From assembly GCA_965197905.1 (NCBI GenBank), contig CBDAOB010000003.1, forward strand, positions 1-64,000: DNA of 64,000 nucleotides, given 5' to 3'. Shown here piece after piece: positions 18,795 to 28,604 of the stretch. Positions within the stretch are counted from its first letter, which is position 1; every line of letters starts with the position of its first letter. Below the pieces are notes generated by a model. The model was given only the letters and a program-made list of their open reading frames with translations. It was not told the DNA's origin and did not search any database. The position numbers and the translations under genes are program-made. The DNA comes from Candidatus Latescibacterota bacterium (lineage in GTDB: Bacteria; Latescibacterota; UBA2968; UBA8231).

Positions 18795-20978
18795 TCAGGC
18801 TGCTGTCTCAACCAACAGGACTTCGTGAAGGTCGACCTCTGGCACGACAATAACCCCGGGAGTGCCCAGAATTTCCAATGCGCATTTCCGAAGTGGCAGT
18901 CGCGCCGAGCTTCCGGCCAGCTCGTTCAACCTGATCTTCACACCGCGGATCGGATTGACCTCCAGCGGTGCGTGAAAGGTGGATTGCTGCTCCTCGTACT
19001 CCTTCTTGTCGTTAATGTGCCACGGTAAGACAGGGACCGGGTTGTTCAACAGGTGTATCATCAATTCGCCGCTGTCGCGATACGCCGCGGTCATTTCAAT
19101 GCATTCCGGAGCCTCGACCTCAATTGGCGAGGGGGTCAATCCAACGAGATAGTTGATGAAGCGCCGAAGTTGCGGGTACGGAGTATTCATATAAGCACCC
19201 CCCACATCCCCGCAGATATAAATCGACCGGCCATTCCCGAATACGTTTGATATCACGGCCGGTTCACCCGAGTCGTACTCCATTCGCGGATCGAAATACC
19301 TGAGAAGATCCACCAGACCTGGCTTGCATCGAGTACACAGAACCTGGGCACCGTATCGCGTTTCTATACTCGATTCCGCACTGAACGAACAGAGGATGTG
19401 GCCCAGAAGCTCTTCTAGCTCGCGATCGTGGGGTGCATAGATAACCGGATGATCTGCATCTTCGCCATCTTTGTAGTCGACGCCCATGACCTCGGCAAGT
19501 GCGAAGTTTGCCCGCCTTTGTCCCCACTCATCCAACAATGAGGTCTGGTGCGTGGCGATGAGCGTTCCGCCTTGCTCCACAAAGGCCCTGACTACAGACA
19601 CGTGAGCATCCGACAGGCAGGCGCTATTGGAAAGAAAGAGAACGGCGTACCGCTGGAGATTCTCGAGCATCAGGTGTTCATCCAGAACGATGTCGAACAC
19701 GACCTGTGATCGGTTGAGCATTTCGAAGGCGCCGTATTGATCCTTCTGGCCGACTTCGTGGAAACTGATACCCCCGGTATTCTTCGGGATCTCGGAAGGG
19801 CGGAAATCCCGATTCATCTGCGAGTAGTGCAGAGCCAGGTACTTCAAGGTGTCGCCGGCAACATACGGTTCCCGCTTCTTGTAGTTGGCGAAGACCTCCT
19901 TCATAGCGTCTCTTTGCAGCAAAGTCGATTGCCCGAAAGGCCCGCCGCAGGGCGCTCCTCCGTTGATCATGGCAGCGTAGCCCGACAGGGAAGCTGCATA
20001 GATCTCGGGATACGGGGCATGACCGATGCCGGCGATACTCTGGGTTACGTTGCGGAAAACTCCGAACGGAGTCCCGGTCGAGCGCAAGACCTTGGCTACG
20101 AAGCCGCACTCGCGGATGGAGCGAAAGGCCTCGACAAAAAAGTAACCTCCGACCTCTTCCAGACGCAGTGACGCCAGCGGGTGACCGAATGTCCAGTCGG
20201 TGGCGGGCCGCATGTAGGAGTTGAGATCGAGAATGGCGTCGGGGTATCGCGCCCTGATCTTTGCGAAGAGGTGATGCATGAAGTCCACCATCTTCTCGTA
20301 GCGCCAGTTCAAAAAGCGACGGAAGGTCATTGAATCGAAATCGACTCGGCGCGGCAAGTCGAAACCCGTGTCCAGATGGAACTGTTCCTGGCAATACGAA
20401 CAGCAGCAAGAGGGCGTCCACGGTGGGCTATCGTGGGATCCGTAGTTGGTGTCGTCGAAGTAGAACCCGTCGAGATCGAGATGGTCCAGCCATTCCAGTA
20501 GGTATTCCGGGAGCCAGTCGCGATACGGTGAATTGAAACAGAACCATCCCTGGTTATCCGGCTTCGGTCCCCCGTCGTCCAGAAACTCCATCAACCATTC
20601 CGGGTGCCGGGTTTTCATCGGTTTGGTAAAGATGATGGGGTAGTAGGACAGGATGATAATGCCCTTCTCGTGGGCAAGCTTCAGGAATTGCGGCAGACGT
20701 TCGTTGGCCACATCCTTGTGGGGTTCGATCATCCGCGAATTGAAGCGAGGGGTTCCGCGGTTGACCTCGCCATTTACGATCTGCACTTCCATGCCGATCT
20801 CGTCGATAAAATCGACCCACTCCTCAACCGACATGCCGTGATAGCTGGGTTCCCAGCTGACGCATCCGGGATAACACTCTATGCGGCACATCCGCTGTTC
20901 GTACGGTTTTTGCGCAAGCCTTTGGGCTGTGGATCCGGTTCGTACCAGGTCGCGATTTTCAGTGCTCATGCCAATCAT
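18795..20978 (-). CDS. GH42-like TIM-barrel protein with beta-galactosidase trimerization (GATase-like) domain
   Basis: CFNSPYRD, LDGFYFDD, Cys cluster SCCCSYC, YAVLFLSNSACLSD, FVEQGGTLIAT, FALAEVMGV and FGNGRSIY. Confidence 0.7.
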   Translation of the reverse strand: MIGMSTENRDLVRTGSTAQRLAQKPYEQRMCRIECYPGCVSWEPSYHGMSVEEWVDFIDEIGMEVQIVNGEVNRGTPRFNSRMIEPHKDVANERLPQFLKLAHEKGIIILSYYPIIFTKPMKTRHPEWLMEFLDDGGPKPDNQGWFCFNSPYRDWLPEYLLEWLDHLDLDGFYFDDTNYGSHDSPPWTPSCCCSYCQEQFHLDTGFDLPRRVDFDSMTFRRFLNWRYEKMVDFMHHLFAKIRARYPDAILDLNSYMRPATDWTFGHPLASLRLEEVGGYFFVEAFRSIRECGFVAKVLRSTGTPFGVFRNVTQSIAGIGHAPYPEIYAASLSGYAAMINGGAPCGGPFGQSTLLQRDAMKEVFANYKKREPYVAGDTLKYLALHYSQMNRDFRPSEIPKNTGGISFHEVGQKDQYGAFEMLNRSQVVFDIVLDEHLMLENLQRYAVLFLSNSACLSDAHVSVVRAFVEQGGTLIATHQTSLLDEWGQRRANFALAEVMGVDYKDGEDADHPVIYAPHDRELEELLGHILCSFSAESSIETRYGAQVLCTRCKPGLVDLLRYFDPRMEYDSGEPAVISNVFGNGRSIYICGDVGGAYMNTPYPQLRRFINYLVGLTPSPIEVEAPECIEMTAAYRDSGELMIHLLNNPVPVLPWHINDKKEYEEQQSTFHAPLEVNPIRGVKIRLNELAGSSARLPLRKCALEILGTPGVIVVPEVDLHEVLLVETAA

Positions 20979-21084
20979 TTTTCGAGGCAGGTTTCGGTTC
21001 GTCCCTAGTCAGGTGATATAAACCGCGTTGGCCATACTTGGGTCAAGACCGCATTTTGCGCTTCTCGATGCGTCGTTTCGGTGC

Positions 21085-21507
21085 TCAGAATACAGCATGT
21101 TCCAGCGCCGCATCGAGAGTGAGATCGCTCCCCATTGCGAGCGCGAGGGGATCGGCGTTCTCGCTCACAGTCGCCTGTCGAAGGGGCTGCTGTCCGCACG
21201 CTTTCGCCCGATCACGTCTTTTCGGAGATAGACGAGCGGACTACGCGCCCTCGTTTCGAGCCCGAGGTGTTTGGTCGCTATCTAGAAGTGGTCGAACGTC
21301 TGAAGGAGGTTGCAGCGCATCCAAAGCGGCAAGTCTGGTGCAGCTGGCCATAGCCTGGGGCCTGCGACTTCCCGCGCTCACCGCCGTCCTCGTTGGCGCC
21401 AAGAATCCCAATCAGGTCCAGGAACATTTAGGTGGTGTAGATCTCGAACTCGGCCCTGACGAAATCAGCCGCATAGAGAGATTCCGCAGTCAGCGCCTGA
21501 GAGCTAA
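21085..21507 (+). pseudogene. Aldo/keto reductase C-terminal half, multiply frameshifted
   Basis: Three frames give EYSMFQRRIESEIAPHCEREGIGVLAHSRLSKGLLS / DERTTRPRF...VERLKEVA / LVQLAIAWGLRLPALTAVLVGAKNPNQVQEHLG. The N-terminal catalytic half is absent. Confidence 0.8.
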
Positions 21508-21529
21508 TCAAACGTCGCTCCGATCGCAC

Positions 21530-21647
21530 CACCGTGGCCGGGAGAGACTGTCTCGAGCTGGCAAAAGAGAAAGGCGCCGACTATACGTTCCGCAAACCGT
21601 TCAAGATGACGGATTTCGTCGAGACGGTCGGCGGCGCCCTCGCCTGA
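21530..21647 (+). pseudogene. Response-regulator receiver-domain C-terminal remnant
   Basis: GRDCLELAKEKGADYTFRKPFKMTDFVETVGGALA* matches the alpha4-beta5-KPF-alpha5 end of CheY-like domains. The phosphoacceptor Asp region is absent. Confidence 0.6.
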
Positions 21648-22393
21648 TCCGGTGGTCGACACGTGCCTCCGCGGCGCCAGGCCATGTTGACCACTACCAG
21701 GGGCCAGTAGAATATGACCGCCTGCCATAGGGAGTATGGCGTTCCGCCGCGTACTTGCAATTGCGAGCGCACGCGGCTGTAGTAAGCCCAGAAAACAACA
21801 ACAGCTTCCACAACATAGCCGCTGTACGCCACCATCACCGGCAGCAGGATCGGCCGGTTCTGGATCGCGTCCAGGGGCAAGAGAGCAATGACGGAGATGA
21901 TGCTTGCTCCAATCTTCGCCAAGTTGGCCGCGCTCACCGATGTCGTCTGGCGGTGCCGCAGCAAGAGTCCGACGAAATAGCGGAGGTAGGTGTCCAGTGC
22001 GCCGAGGGGGATCAGCCAGAGTATCGCGAAACGAACTTCTCTGCTTAGACTGGGTCGGAGGTCGTGGAAATCCTGCAGGATCCACAGGCCGATGGGGGTT
22101 GCCGCGATGATCAGCAGTATCAAAGCGACAACCGCCCACAGGGCAAGGAGGAAAAGCTGATTTTTGCGGTGGGAGAGGCGATCGTTGGTGAGCACAAGAC
22201 CTAGTTGGCCGCACTGGTGCAACGGGGTCGAAAGGAATGATATGAGCCCAAACGCCAGCCCGTAGGCAGCGAGGGTTTCGACGGCGTTGGGGATGCGAGC
22301 CATGCCGCCGTTCAGGAACTGGGCTCCGACCTCCGAGACAAAAGGGATTACCGCCAGCGGCGCGAGAAAAAGGACCAGTCGGCGATTGATCAT
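21581..22393 (-). pseudogene. Truncated ANKH-like / MATE-fold membrane transporter (N-terminal half)
   Basis: LFLAPLAV...GAQFLNGGMAR...AVETLAAYGLA...GLVL and the second-repeat start IFYWPL. After about residue 240 the frame runs into the antisense of the receiver remnant. Confidence 0.6.
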
Positions 22394-22453
22394 GGCGCCA
22401 TGGCGCCGACCATGGCGGCGCGCATGAGATAGACGAAGTCCGGTGCTATTTGA

Positions 22454-23272
22454 TTAGACCCCGCAGAACGCGGAAAATCCACCGTCGATGGGCACGATCG
22501 CTCCGGTGACGAAGCTCGCCTGGTCAGAAAAAAGCCACAGCGTGGCGCCGACCACCTCCGGAGGGGCGCCGAAGCGTGCCATGGGGACATTGTCGATTAC
22601 AGTTTCGCCGCGCTTTGTCAGCTCGCCGGTTTTCTCGTCGGTGAGTAGAAAGCGGTTCTGCTCTGTGATCATGAACCCGGGGGCGACGGCGTTGACGCGG
22701 ATTTTGGGGGCGTAAGTTGCTGCCATGTGCACGGCCAGCCAGCGGGTGAAGCTATCGGCGGCGGCTTTGCCGTTAGAGTAGGCCAATGCCCGCGAAAGGG
22801 GCAGCCCTCCGCCGATGGAGGTGATGTTGACGACTGCTCCCTCGCCTTTGTCGGCAAAGACACGACCCACGGCCTGCGAGGGTATCACGGCGCTCAGGTA
22901 GTTGAGATCCATCACATTTCTGACCGCCTCCGGGTCGATGTCGAAAAATTCGAGCTCGGGGGTGGTGGTGGTGGTCGGATGGCTGCCGCCGGCGCCGTTG
23001 AGCAGAAAGTCGATGGTGCCGAAGCGGTCGAGGGTCGTTGCGAGCGCCTGGGCGACGCTCGGCTTGTCAACGGCATTGCACTCGACGGGGAGGACCTGGT
23101 CGGGGAAATCCTGGTTTATCTCCTCGGCTTTAGCGCGGGCGGCGTCGAGGGAGATGTCCCAGATCGCCACCTGCGCGCCGGAGCGGGCAAGACCGCGGGC
23201 GATTTCGCCGCCAATGGCACCGCCGGCGCCAGTTGCCACGGCCTTCTTGCCGGTGAAATCAAAAGTCGTCAA
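22454..23272 (-). CDS. SDR oxidoreductase, D-mannonate oxidoreductase (Bacillus UxuB)-like
   Basis: TGAGGAIG, LLNGAGGSHP, YSNGK (YxxxK), FTRWLAVH, RVNAVAPGFMITEQNRFLL and IDGGFSAF. Confidence 0.85.
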   Translation of the reverse strand: MTTFDFTGKKAVATGAGGAIGGEIARGLARSGAQVAIWDISLDAARAKAEEINQDFPDQVLPVECNAVDKPSVAQALATTLDRFGTIDFLLNGAGGSHPTTTTTPELEFFDIDPEAVRNVMDLNYLSAVIPSQAVGRVFADKGEGAVVNITSIGGGLPLSRALAYSNGKAAADSFTRWLAVHMAATYAPKIRVNAVAPGFMITEQNRFLLTDEKTGELTKRGETVIDNVPMARFGAPPEVVGATLWLFSDQASFVTGAIVPIDGGFSAFCGV

Positions 23273-23396
23273 GGTTTCTCGTCTCCTGTCACGCGTTCAA
23301 CTGCCAAGCCTTCATTGTCAAACCGAACCTACGAAGAAATTCAGCTGAATGAACCTCTCCGCGCGTCGCATGATACGTTGGGTCCAATCCGTTCCA

Positions 23397-24890
23397 TCAT
23401 GCTTGTTCCGCGAACCAAAAGGCATATAGTTCAGCCTGCCGTAGCGAGAACCGTAGGCGGACCGTTCTTCCCATGAGTTGGGACAAATCACTGGCGCTCT
23501 TCCAGCCTAGCGGTTGGTCGATCCGATCAATCGCCACCGGTATGCTCTCTTCCATCGAGAAACCTGGCAACGTTCCGCCGTCATCGGCGTCTAGCAGTTC
23601 GGCCGTAACGCGCCCCCGCCAAGAATCTACATTGAGGTGCAGCTGGTTCCCGTCCACCTTGATCGGCCGTGTCAGTATGCTCCCCGGTTCTATCCCGCCC
23701 TTCAGCGAGCAGAACCCATCCAACCTCAGCTTCGCCAGGCAAATCGCGCTTGTATTGAGGTACTCGCGGGCAAAGGCTTGGGCTTGTGAAACATTGCGGT
23801 AGCGATATCCGCCGTAGTAGAACCAAAGCTCGTCATTGCGGACGATCGGGCGGTTCGCTGGTCCCAGCTCGCCGGTGTCGTAGGCGCTGCCATCCCCAAA
23901 GGGCGACAACTCGATGAAAGGTTTCCTGTCCGCTACACGCTCCCAGTTCTGCAGGTCCCTGCTGCAGATCAGCTCGATCGACTTTCGCCCGTCCGCGTTC
24001 TCATACTTAGGTGCCCGCATGCCGGACTGGTGGAAAAAGACCGGCATCCCGATATACCGGCCTTCATAGGGGAATACGGGGAGAAAGTAGACGTCGGTTT
24101 TGTACTCTTCTGGCCTGTTCGCCAGCGGACTCACATAGGCAGGGTCGTCGAAGAACCCGGCAATTCGTTCGAACCCGTTCTCCTGGTCCCGGTGGTCGGC
24201 GTGAAAAATAAGCTCGGGTTCGGTCCATGACTCGAAGTCCGTGCTCGTGGTCAGGTAGACCGACCGGCCATAGGGTCCCCGACGTTTCACGGTAATGATG
24301 AAGAGGCGGTTCTCTTCGTCATATGTGAAGGACGAGGTGCCCCCCTGAGGAACGCCGGGTATGTCCAGCCATTCCCAGTTGAACAGATCCGGAGACACAG
24401 CGAACTTCTCGGTCTGCAAGTGAGTGGAATCAGCGTGACGCTGGGCTTTATATCTGCGGTTGGGATCGGGGTCATTGGGATCGAGAACAGGTGGTTTACC
24501 GCCAGGAATGATATTGTTGTCACCTGCAATCGACATTCCATTCCATGACTTTCCCTTGTAGTCGTAGAGCTTCAAAACAGGCTTCTCCCAGGTGACCCCA
24601 TCGCCGGATTCCGCATAGCAGAAATAGCTGTCTATCCTTCGGGGCCCCGTTACGCCGGTCATAAACAGATCGGCGTCCGCAAAGTCGACCGGTTCGGCTG
24701 CAGTCCCGTAGACCAGCATGAAGATCTGTTTGGCGGGATCCCATATCGGCGCGTTGTTGACGTGGGTGCCGATATTTTCCCAACGATGCTCCGGCCGCAA
24801 GACCGCGCCATGTTTCTTCGGTTGATGCAGTTTGCGGGCCAGGTTGTCGACGTGCTCTATGTCGTAGTCGTCGATAAACAGGTATTTCAT
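23397..24890 (-). CDS. Uncharacterised five-bladed beta-propeller glycoside-hydrolase-like protein
   Basis: YLFIDD, YAESGDGVTWEKPVL, DPDPNRRYK, SRDLQNWERVADR and LAKLRLDGF. Paralog of 13704-15143. Confidence 0.65.
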   Translation of the reverse strand: MKYLFIDDYDIEHVDNLARKLHQPKKHGAVLRPEHRWENIGTHVNNAPIWDPAKQIFMLVYGTAAEPVDFADADLFMTGVTGPRRIDSYFCYAESGDGVTWEKPVLKLYDYKGKSWNGMSIAGDNNIIPGGKPPVLDPNDPDPNRRYKAQRHADSTHLQTEKFAVSPDLFNWEWLDIPGVPQGGTSSFTYDEENRLFIITVKRRGPYGRSVYLTTSTDFESWTEPELIFHADHRDQENGFERIAGFFDDPAYVSPLANRPEEYKTDVYFLPVFPYEGRYIGMPVFFHQSGMRAPKYENADGRKSIELICSRDLQNWERVADRKPFIELSPFGDGSAYDTGELGPANRPIVRNDELWFYYGGYRYRNVSQAQAFAREYLNTSAICLAKLRLDGFCSLKGGIEPGSILTRPIKVDGNQLHLNVDSWRGRVTAELLDADDGGTLPGFSMEESIPVAIDRIDQPLGWKSASDLSQLMGRTVRLRFSLRQAELYAFWFAEQA

Positions 24891-25110
24891 TGTGGCCAGC
24901 TTGGAGGCGCATGGTGTCCAAGAACTGGAATCTCGGGGACGCAATAGGGTGGATAGAGCGAATAAAGAGTCACCCGCAGCCGGGTCAAGGACGGTCGCTC
25001 AGGCACATCTGGTTGACGTACAGCCCACCGGGGTGTTTGATTCAGACACCGGCTAAACAGCCTGCGCACCCCGACCCGTCAGTCCACACGGCTACTACCG
25101 GAGATCGATC

Positions 25111-25998
25111 ATGCTCGAAATGAGCGAACGCGAGAAGTTTCTCTTCGACCTGCAAGGGTTTCTCCACGTAAAGGAATTTTTAACCGCCCTCGAGGTCGAG
25201 GCTCTCAACGAGGCGGTGGATGCCAACGTGGTGCCGGCCGAAGAGTATTACTGGACGGGACCCAATCAGTACTCTGGCGGTATGGATGGCGCGTATAACG
25301 TCCGGACAGCAAGCGGAATGTTCACCTGGGAACAACCCTGGTGTCAGCCGTTTCGCGATTTGATCGCCCATGTGAAGCTGATTCCATACATGAACTCGCT
25401 GTTCGGGCGCGGTTGGAGAGTCGAGGGCGATCCGGCTCTCATTATGGCGCGCAAGGGGTGCGGCGGTCATGGTCTACACGGCTACACCAGCAGACAGCAC
25501 GACGGAACGCGATTTTATTCCTATGCCAACGGACAGTTCCGCACGGGCATGACCGTGGTCCAATATCAGCTTCGGGATATCGAGGCGGGAAATGGTGGCG
25601 TGACGGTGATGCCCGGTAGCCACAAGGCCAACTTCAAATGCCCGGAAGACATCATGCTCTACAACACCGACAGGGAGGCCGTGCGCAATCTGGCCTGCAA
25701 GGCGGGCGACCTGGTGATTTTCATGGAGGCCACGATCCACGGCTCGCTGCCCTGGAAGGCGGATTACGAACGCCGATCGCTGCTTTATCGCTACAGCCCC
25801 AAGCACTGCAGCAGTTCAACAGGACTCTACGAAACCGAAATGCCCGCATGGTTTGACGAACTCACCGATGTCCAGAGAGCGGTGCTGGAACCTCCTTACC
25901 TCCGCAACCGGCCCCTGATCGAGGATGATGCAGTAACCCTTGCCCGCCCAACGGCCGAGCCCAAGGACCACATTCCCCGCAAACGGCACGAGTTCTAG
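25111..25998 (+). CDS. Phytanoyl-CoA dioxygenase (PhyH)-family Fe(II)/2OG oxygenase
   Basis: FLFDLQGFL, GGVTVMPGSHK, KAGDLVIFMEATIHGSLPW and RRSLLYRYSP. Confidence 0.85.
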   Translation: MLEMSEREKFLFDLQGFLHVKEFLTALEVEALNEAVDANVVPAEEYYWTGPNQYSGGMDGAYNVRTASGMFTWEQPWCQPFRDLIAHVKLIPYMNSLFGRGWRVEGDPALIMARKGCGGHGLHGYTSRQHDGTRFYSYANGQFRTGMTVVQYQLRDIEAGNGGVTVMPGSHKANFKCPEDIMLYNTDREAVRNLACKAGDLVIFMEATIHGSLPWKADYERRSLLYRYSPKHCSSSTGLYETEMPAWFDELTDVQRAVLEPPYLRNRPLIEDDAVTLARPTAEPKDHIPRKRHEF

Positions 25999-26132
25999 TC
26001 GTCCGAAATCACAACACCGTGAAATATTTTTCGTTTGCGTCTTTTCATATCTTTTTTTGTTCAATTCGCCAGGATTCAACCCACCGCCGCTACGGTCAAG
26101 CGTATCAATCAAGTGAAGGGAGAGTCCAGGGG

Positions 26133-27401
26133 GTGAGAAACTTACTAGCGATATCCTGCGTGGTCGTACTTTCAGCATCCGTTCACGCACAGCAGGCTCA
26201 GTGGCCATCCTTGCGCGGCCCGAATTACAACGGGCTGGTCGATCAGGGGAATCCCCCCGTCGAGTGGAGCGAGACCAAGAATGTCCACTGGAAGACGGCG
26301 ATACCTGGAGCTGGTCATGCCTCACCCGTTTTGTGGGGAGACTACCTCTATGTGCAGACGGCGGTGGAAGTTCCCGTCGAAGGTTTGTTCGGCGACCCGA
26401 AGTATCAATACAAGCTGCTGGCCATTCACCGACACAGCGGAAAGATAGCTTGGAAAAAAACCGTGCGCGAAGCCTTGCCGGTCGAAGACTCCCATCATCG
26501 GACCGCATCGTTCTCTTCCAACACCGGGATCACCGACGGCGACCACCTGTATGCATTCTTCGGATCACAAGGTATCTACTGCTTCGACTTCAACGGCAAT
26601 CTGAAGTGGGAAAGAGACCTCGGTGACATGAGGACGCGGAACAGTTTTGGGGAAGGCAGCTCACTGGCAATGCAAGGGAACACGCTAGTGATCAACTGGG
26701 ATCACGAAGGAGATTCGTTCATCGTCGCACTCGACAAACGGTCTGGCAAGGAACTCTGGCGCCGCGAGCGGAACGAACCGACTTCCTGGTCCACGCCGCT
26801 GATCGTGCAGTTTAACGGGAACTACCAGGTGATCGTCAGCGCAACAGGGAAAACGAGGAGCTACGATCTGACGACCGGAGAGGTGATCTGGCAATGTTCC
26901 GGTCTCGGTACCAACGTCGTTCCTACCCCGCTCTATCGGGATGGCGTGGTGTATGTTGCCAGCGGCCATCGCAGCCCGGCGATGCAGGCCATTCAGCTGG
27001 ACAAAGCGAGGGGCGATATCGCCGACTCCGATGCGGTTCTTTGGTCCATCGATCAGAACACACCGTATGTCTCATCCCCTCTGCTCTACGGCGACCGACT
27101 GTTTATGACGAAGAATCGGAACGCGATCCTGTCGTGCTACGATCCCTCAACCGGCGAGATCGTGTATGGGCCCGAGCGGCTTGAAGGGATGGGCTCCATC
27201 TTCTCCTCTCTGGTGGGTGTCGACAATCGGATCTACATCTCCGATCTCGATGGGTCCACGCTGGTCGTCAAGAACTCGTCGAAGTTCGAGGCGCTGGCGA
27301 CGAATGTTCTGGATGAAGGAACGGCGGCTTCGTTGATCGTAGCCGGGGACACGATATATCTCCGGGGAACGCAGCACCTGTACTGCATTGCGGCCAACTG
27401 A
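26133..27401 (+). CDS. Exported PQQ-like (BamB-type) beta-propeller repeat protein
   Basis: Signal peptide, then WPSLRGP, WSETKNVHWKTAIPGAGHASP, FGEGSS, SWSTPL and PYVSSPL. Confidence 0.85.
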   Translation: MRNLLAISCVVVLSASVHAQQAQWPSLRGPNYNGLVDQGNPPVEWSETKNVHWKTAIPGAGHASPVLWGDYLYVQTAVEVPVEGLFGDPKYQYKLLAIHRHSGKIAWKKTVREALPVEDSHHRTASFSSNTGITDGDHLYAFFGSQGIYCFDFNGNLKWERDLGDMRTRNSFGEGSSLAMQGNTLVINWDHEGDSFIVALDKRSGKELWRRERNEPTSWSTPLIVQFNGNYQVIVSATGKTRSYDLTTGEVIWQCSGLGTNVVPTPLYRDGVVYVASGHRSPAMQAIQLDKARGDIADSDAVLWSIDQNTPYVSSPLLYGDRLFMTKNRNAILSCYDPSTGEIVYGPERLEGMGSIFSSLVGVDNRIYISDLDGSTLVVKNSSKFEALATNVLDEGTAASLIVAGDTIYLRGTQHLYCIAAN

Positions 27402-27421
27402 GTGACCGTCGTCAACTCCCT

Positions 27422-28588
27422 TTAGAGCGGCTCGATCGTTTCCCAGCTGCGGCTGTCCCAGGATCGCATCATGGCTTTGTGAACATTGGCAAAGGCATAG
27501 GCGTCGCTCAGGCTTGGAGCACCTTCACGATGGTCGACAATCGACTGGAGGAAGTGGTAGGCTTCGATCGTCTTCAGATCGTCATAACCCAGGCCAACGC
27601 CCGGACCCGGATTGAACCGAGCGTGAAACGGGTGCTCCGGACCTGCCAGGATTCGAACGAAACCTTCGTGCCCACCGGTTTCATCGGGTAAGTAGAGTTG
27701 GATTTCGTTCATCGTCTCGAAGTTCCATTTCACAGCCCCCCTTGTTCCGTAGACCTCGAACGCCATCTCGCATTTGGGACCATAGACAATGCGGTTTACC
27801 TCAAGCGTGCCCCTGGCTCCGTTGCCGAATCGCACCATGGCGCCAACGTAGTCTTCGTTGGTCACTTCGCCCTTCGGATCGTCTTGCGAGCCGATCGAAA
27901 AGTGAGTCCCGCGCCCTGGAACGGGCAACGGACGCTCGTTGATAAAGGTTTTTTTGGTGCTGGTCACCTGCTCGATAGAACCGACCAAGTAGTGAGCCAT
28001 GTCGACCGCATGAGCCATGATGTCTCCCAATGCACCGGTACCCGCTTTCTCTTTTAGAAAGCGCCAACTCAGCTGTCCTAGCGGATTACTGGCATACATG
28101 ATAAAGAAACGGCCATGATAACTGGTGATCTGCCCCAGCTTCCCTTCCACTATGAGTTGGCGTGCGTACTGAACCAGGGGAGCCCAGCGGTAGTTGAGTC
28201 CGACGAAACTCATCAATCCCGCCCTTTTCACTGCATGATAGATCTCGGTGGTCTCTTCCGGCGTACGTCCGACCGGCTTCTCACAAAAGAGGTGTTTGCC
28301 GGCGTCGACAGCTGCCAAAGCCATCTCTTTGTGCAGAAAATTGGGCGATGCCACGTTGACCGCCTGCACCTCAGGATGCTCGATGACCTCTCGCCAATTG
28401 GTGGTGCATTGCTCGAAACCGAGCCGTTGCTGCGCGTCGTGCGCGCGAGCTTCGACGTCGTCGGCGCAAATCACTAATCGCGCCCTGATTCCTTTGTCCG
28501 AAAACCGATCAGACACGGCGTGATAGGCGCGACCGTGAGCCGTACCCATCCAACCCATGCCGATAACGCCAACACCGAGCGTGGTCAT
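27422..28588 (-). CDS. Gfo/Idh/MocA oxidoreductase (inositol-dehydrogenase-like)
   Basis: GVIGMGWMGTAH, GKHLFCEKPVG, GLNYRW, GALGDIMAHAVD and GLGYDDLKTIE. Confidence 0.9.
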   Translation of the reverse strand: MTTLGVGVIGMGWMGTAHGRAYHAVSDRFSDKGIRARLVICADDVEARAHDAQQRLGFEQCTTNWREVIEHPEVQAVNVASPNFLHKEMALAAVDAGKHLFCEKPVGRTPEETTEIYHAVKRAGLMSFVGLNYRWAPLVQYARQLIVEGKLGQITSYHGRFFIMYASNPLGQLSWRFLKEKAGTGALGDIMAHAVDMAHYLVGSIEQVTSTKKTFINERPLPVPGRGTHFSIGSQDDPKGEVTNEDYVGAMVRFGNGARGTLEVNRIVYGPKCEMAFEVYGTRGAVKWNFETMNEIQLYLPDETGGHEGFVRILAGPEHPFHARFNPGPGVGLGYDDLKTIEAYHFLQSIVDHREGAPSLSDAYAFANVHKAMMRSWDSRSWETIEPL

Positions 28589-28604
28589 GCGTCTCTTACC
28601 TCTT

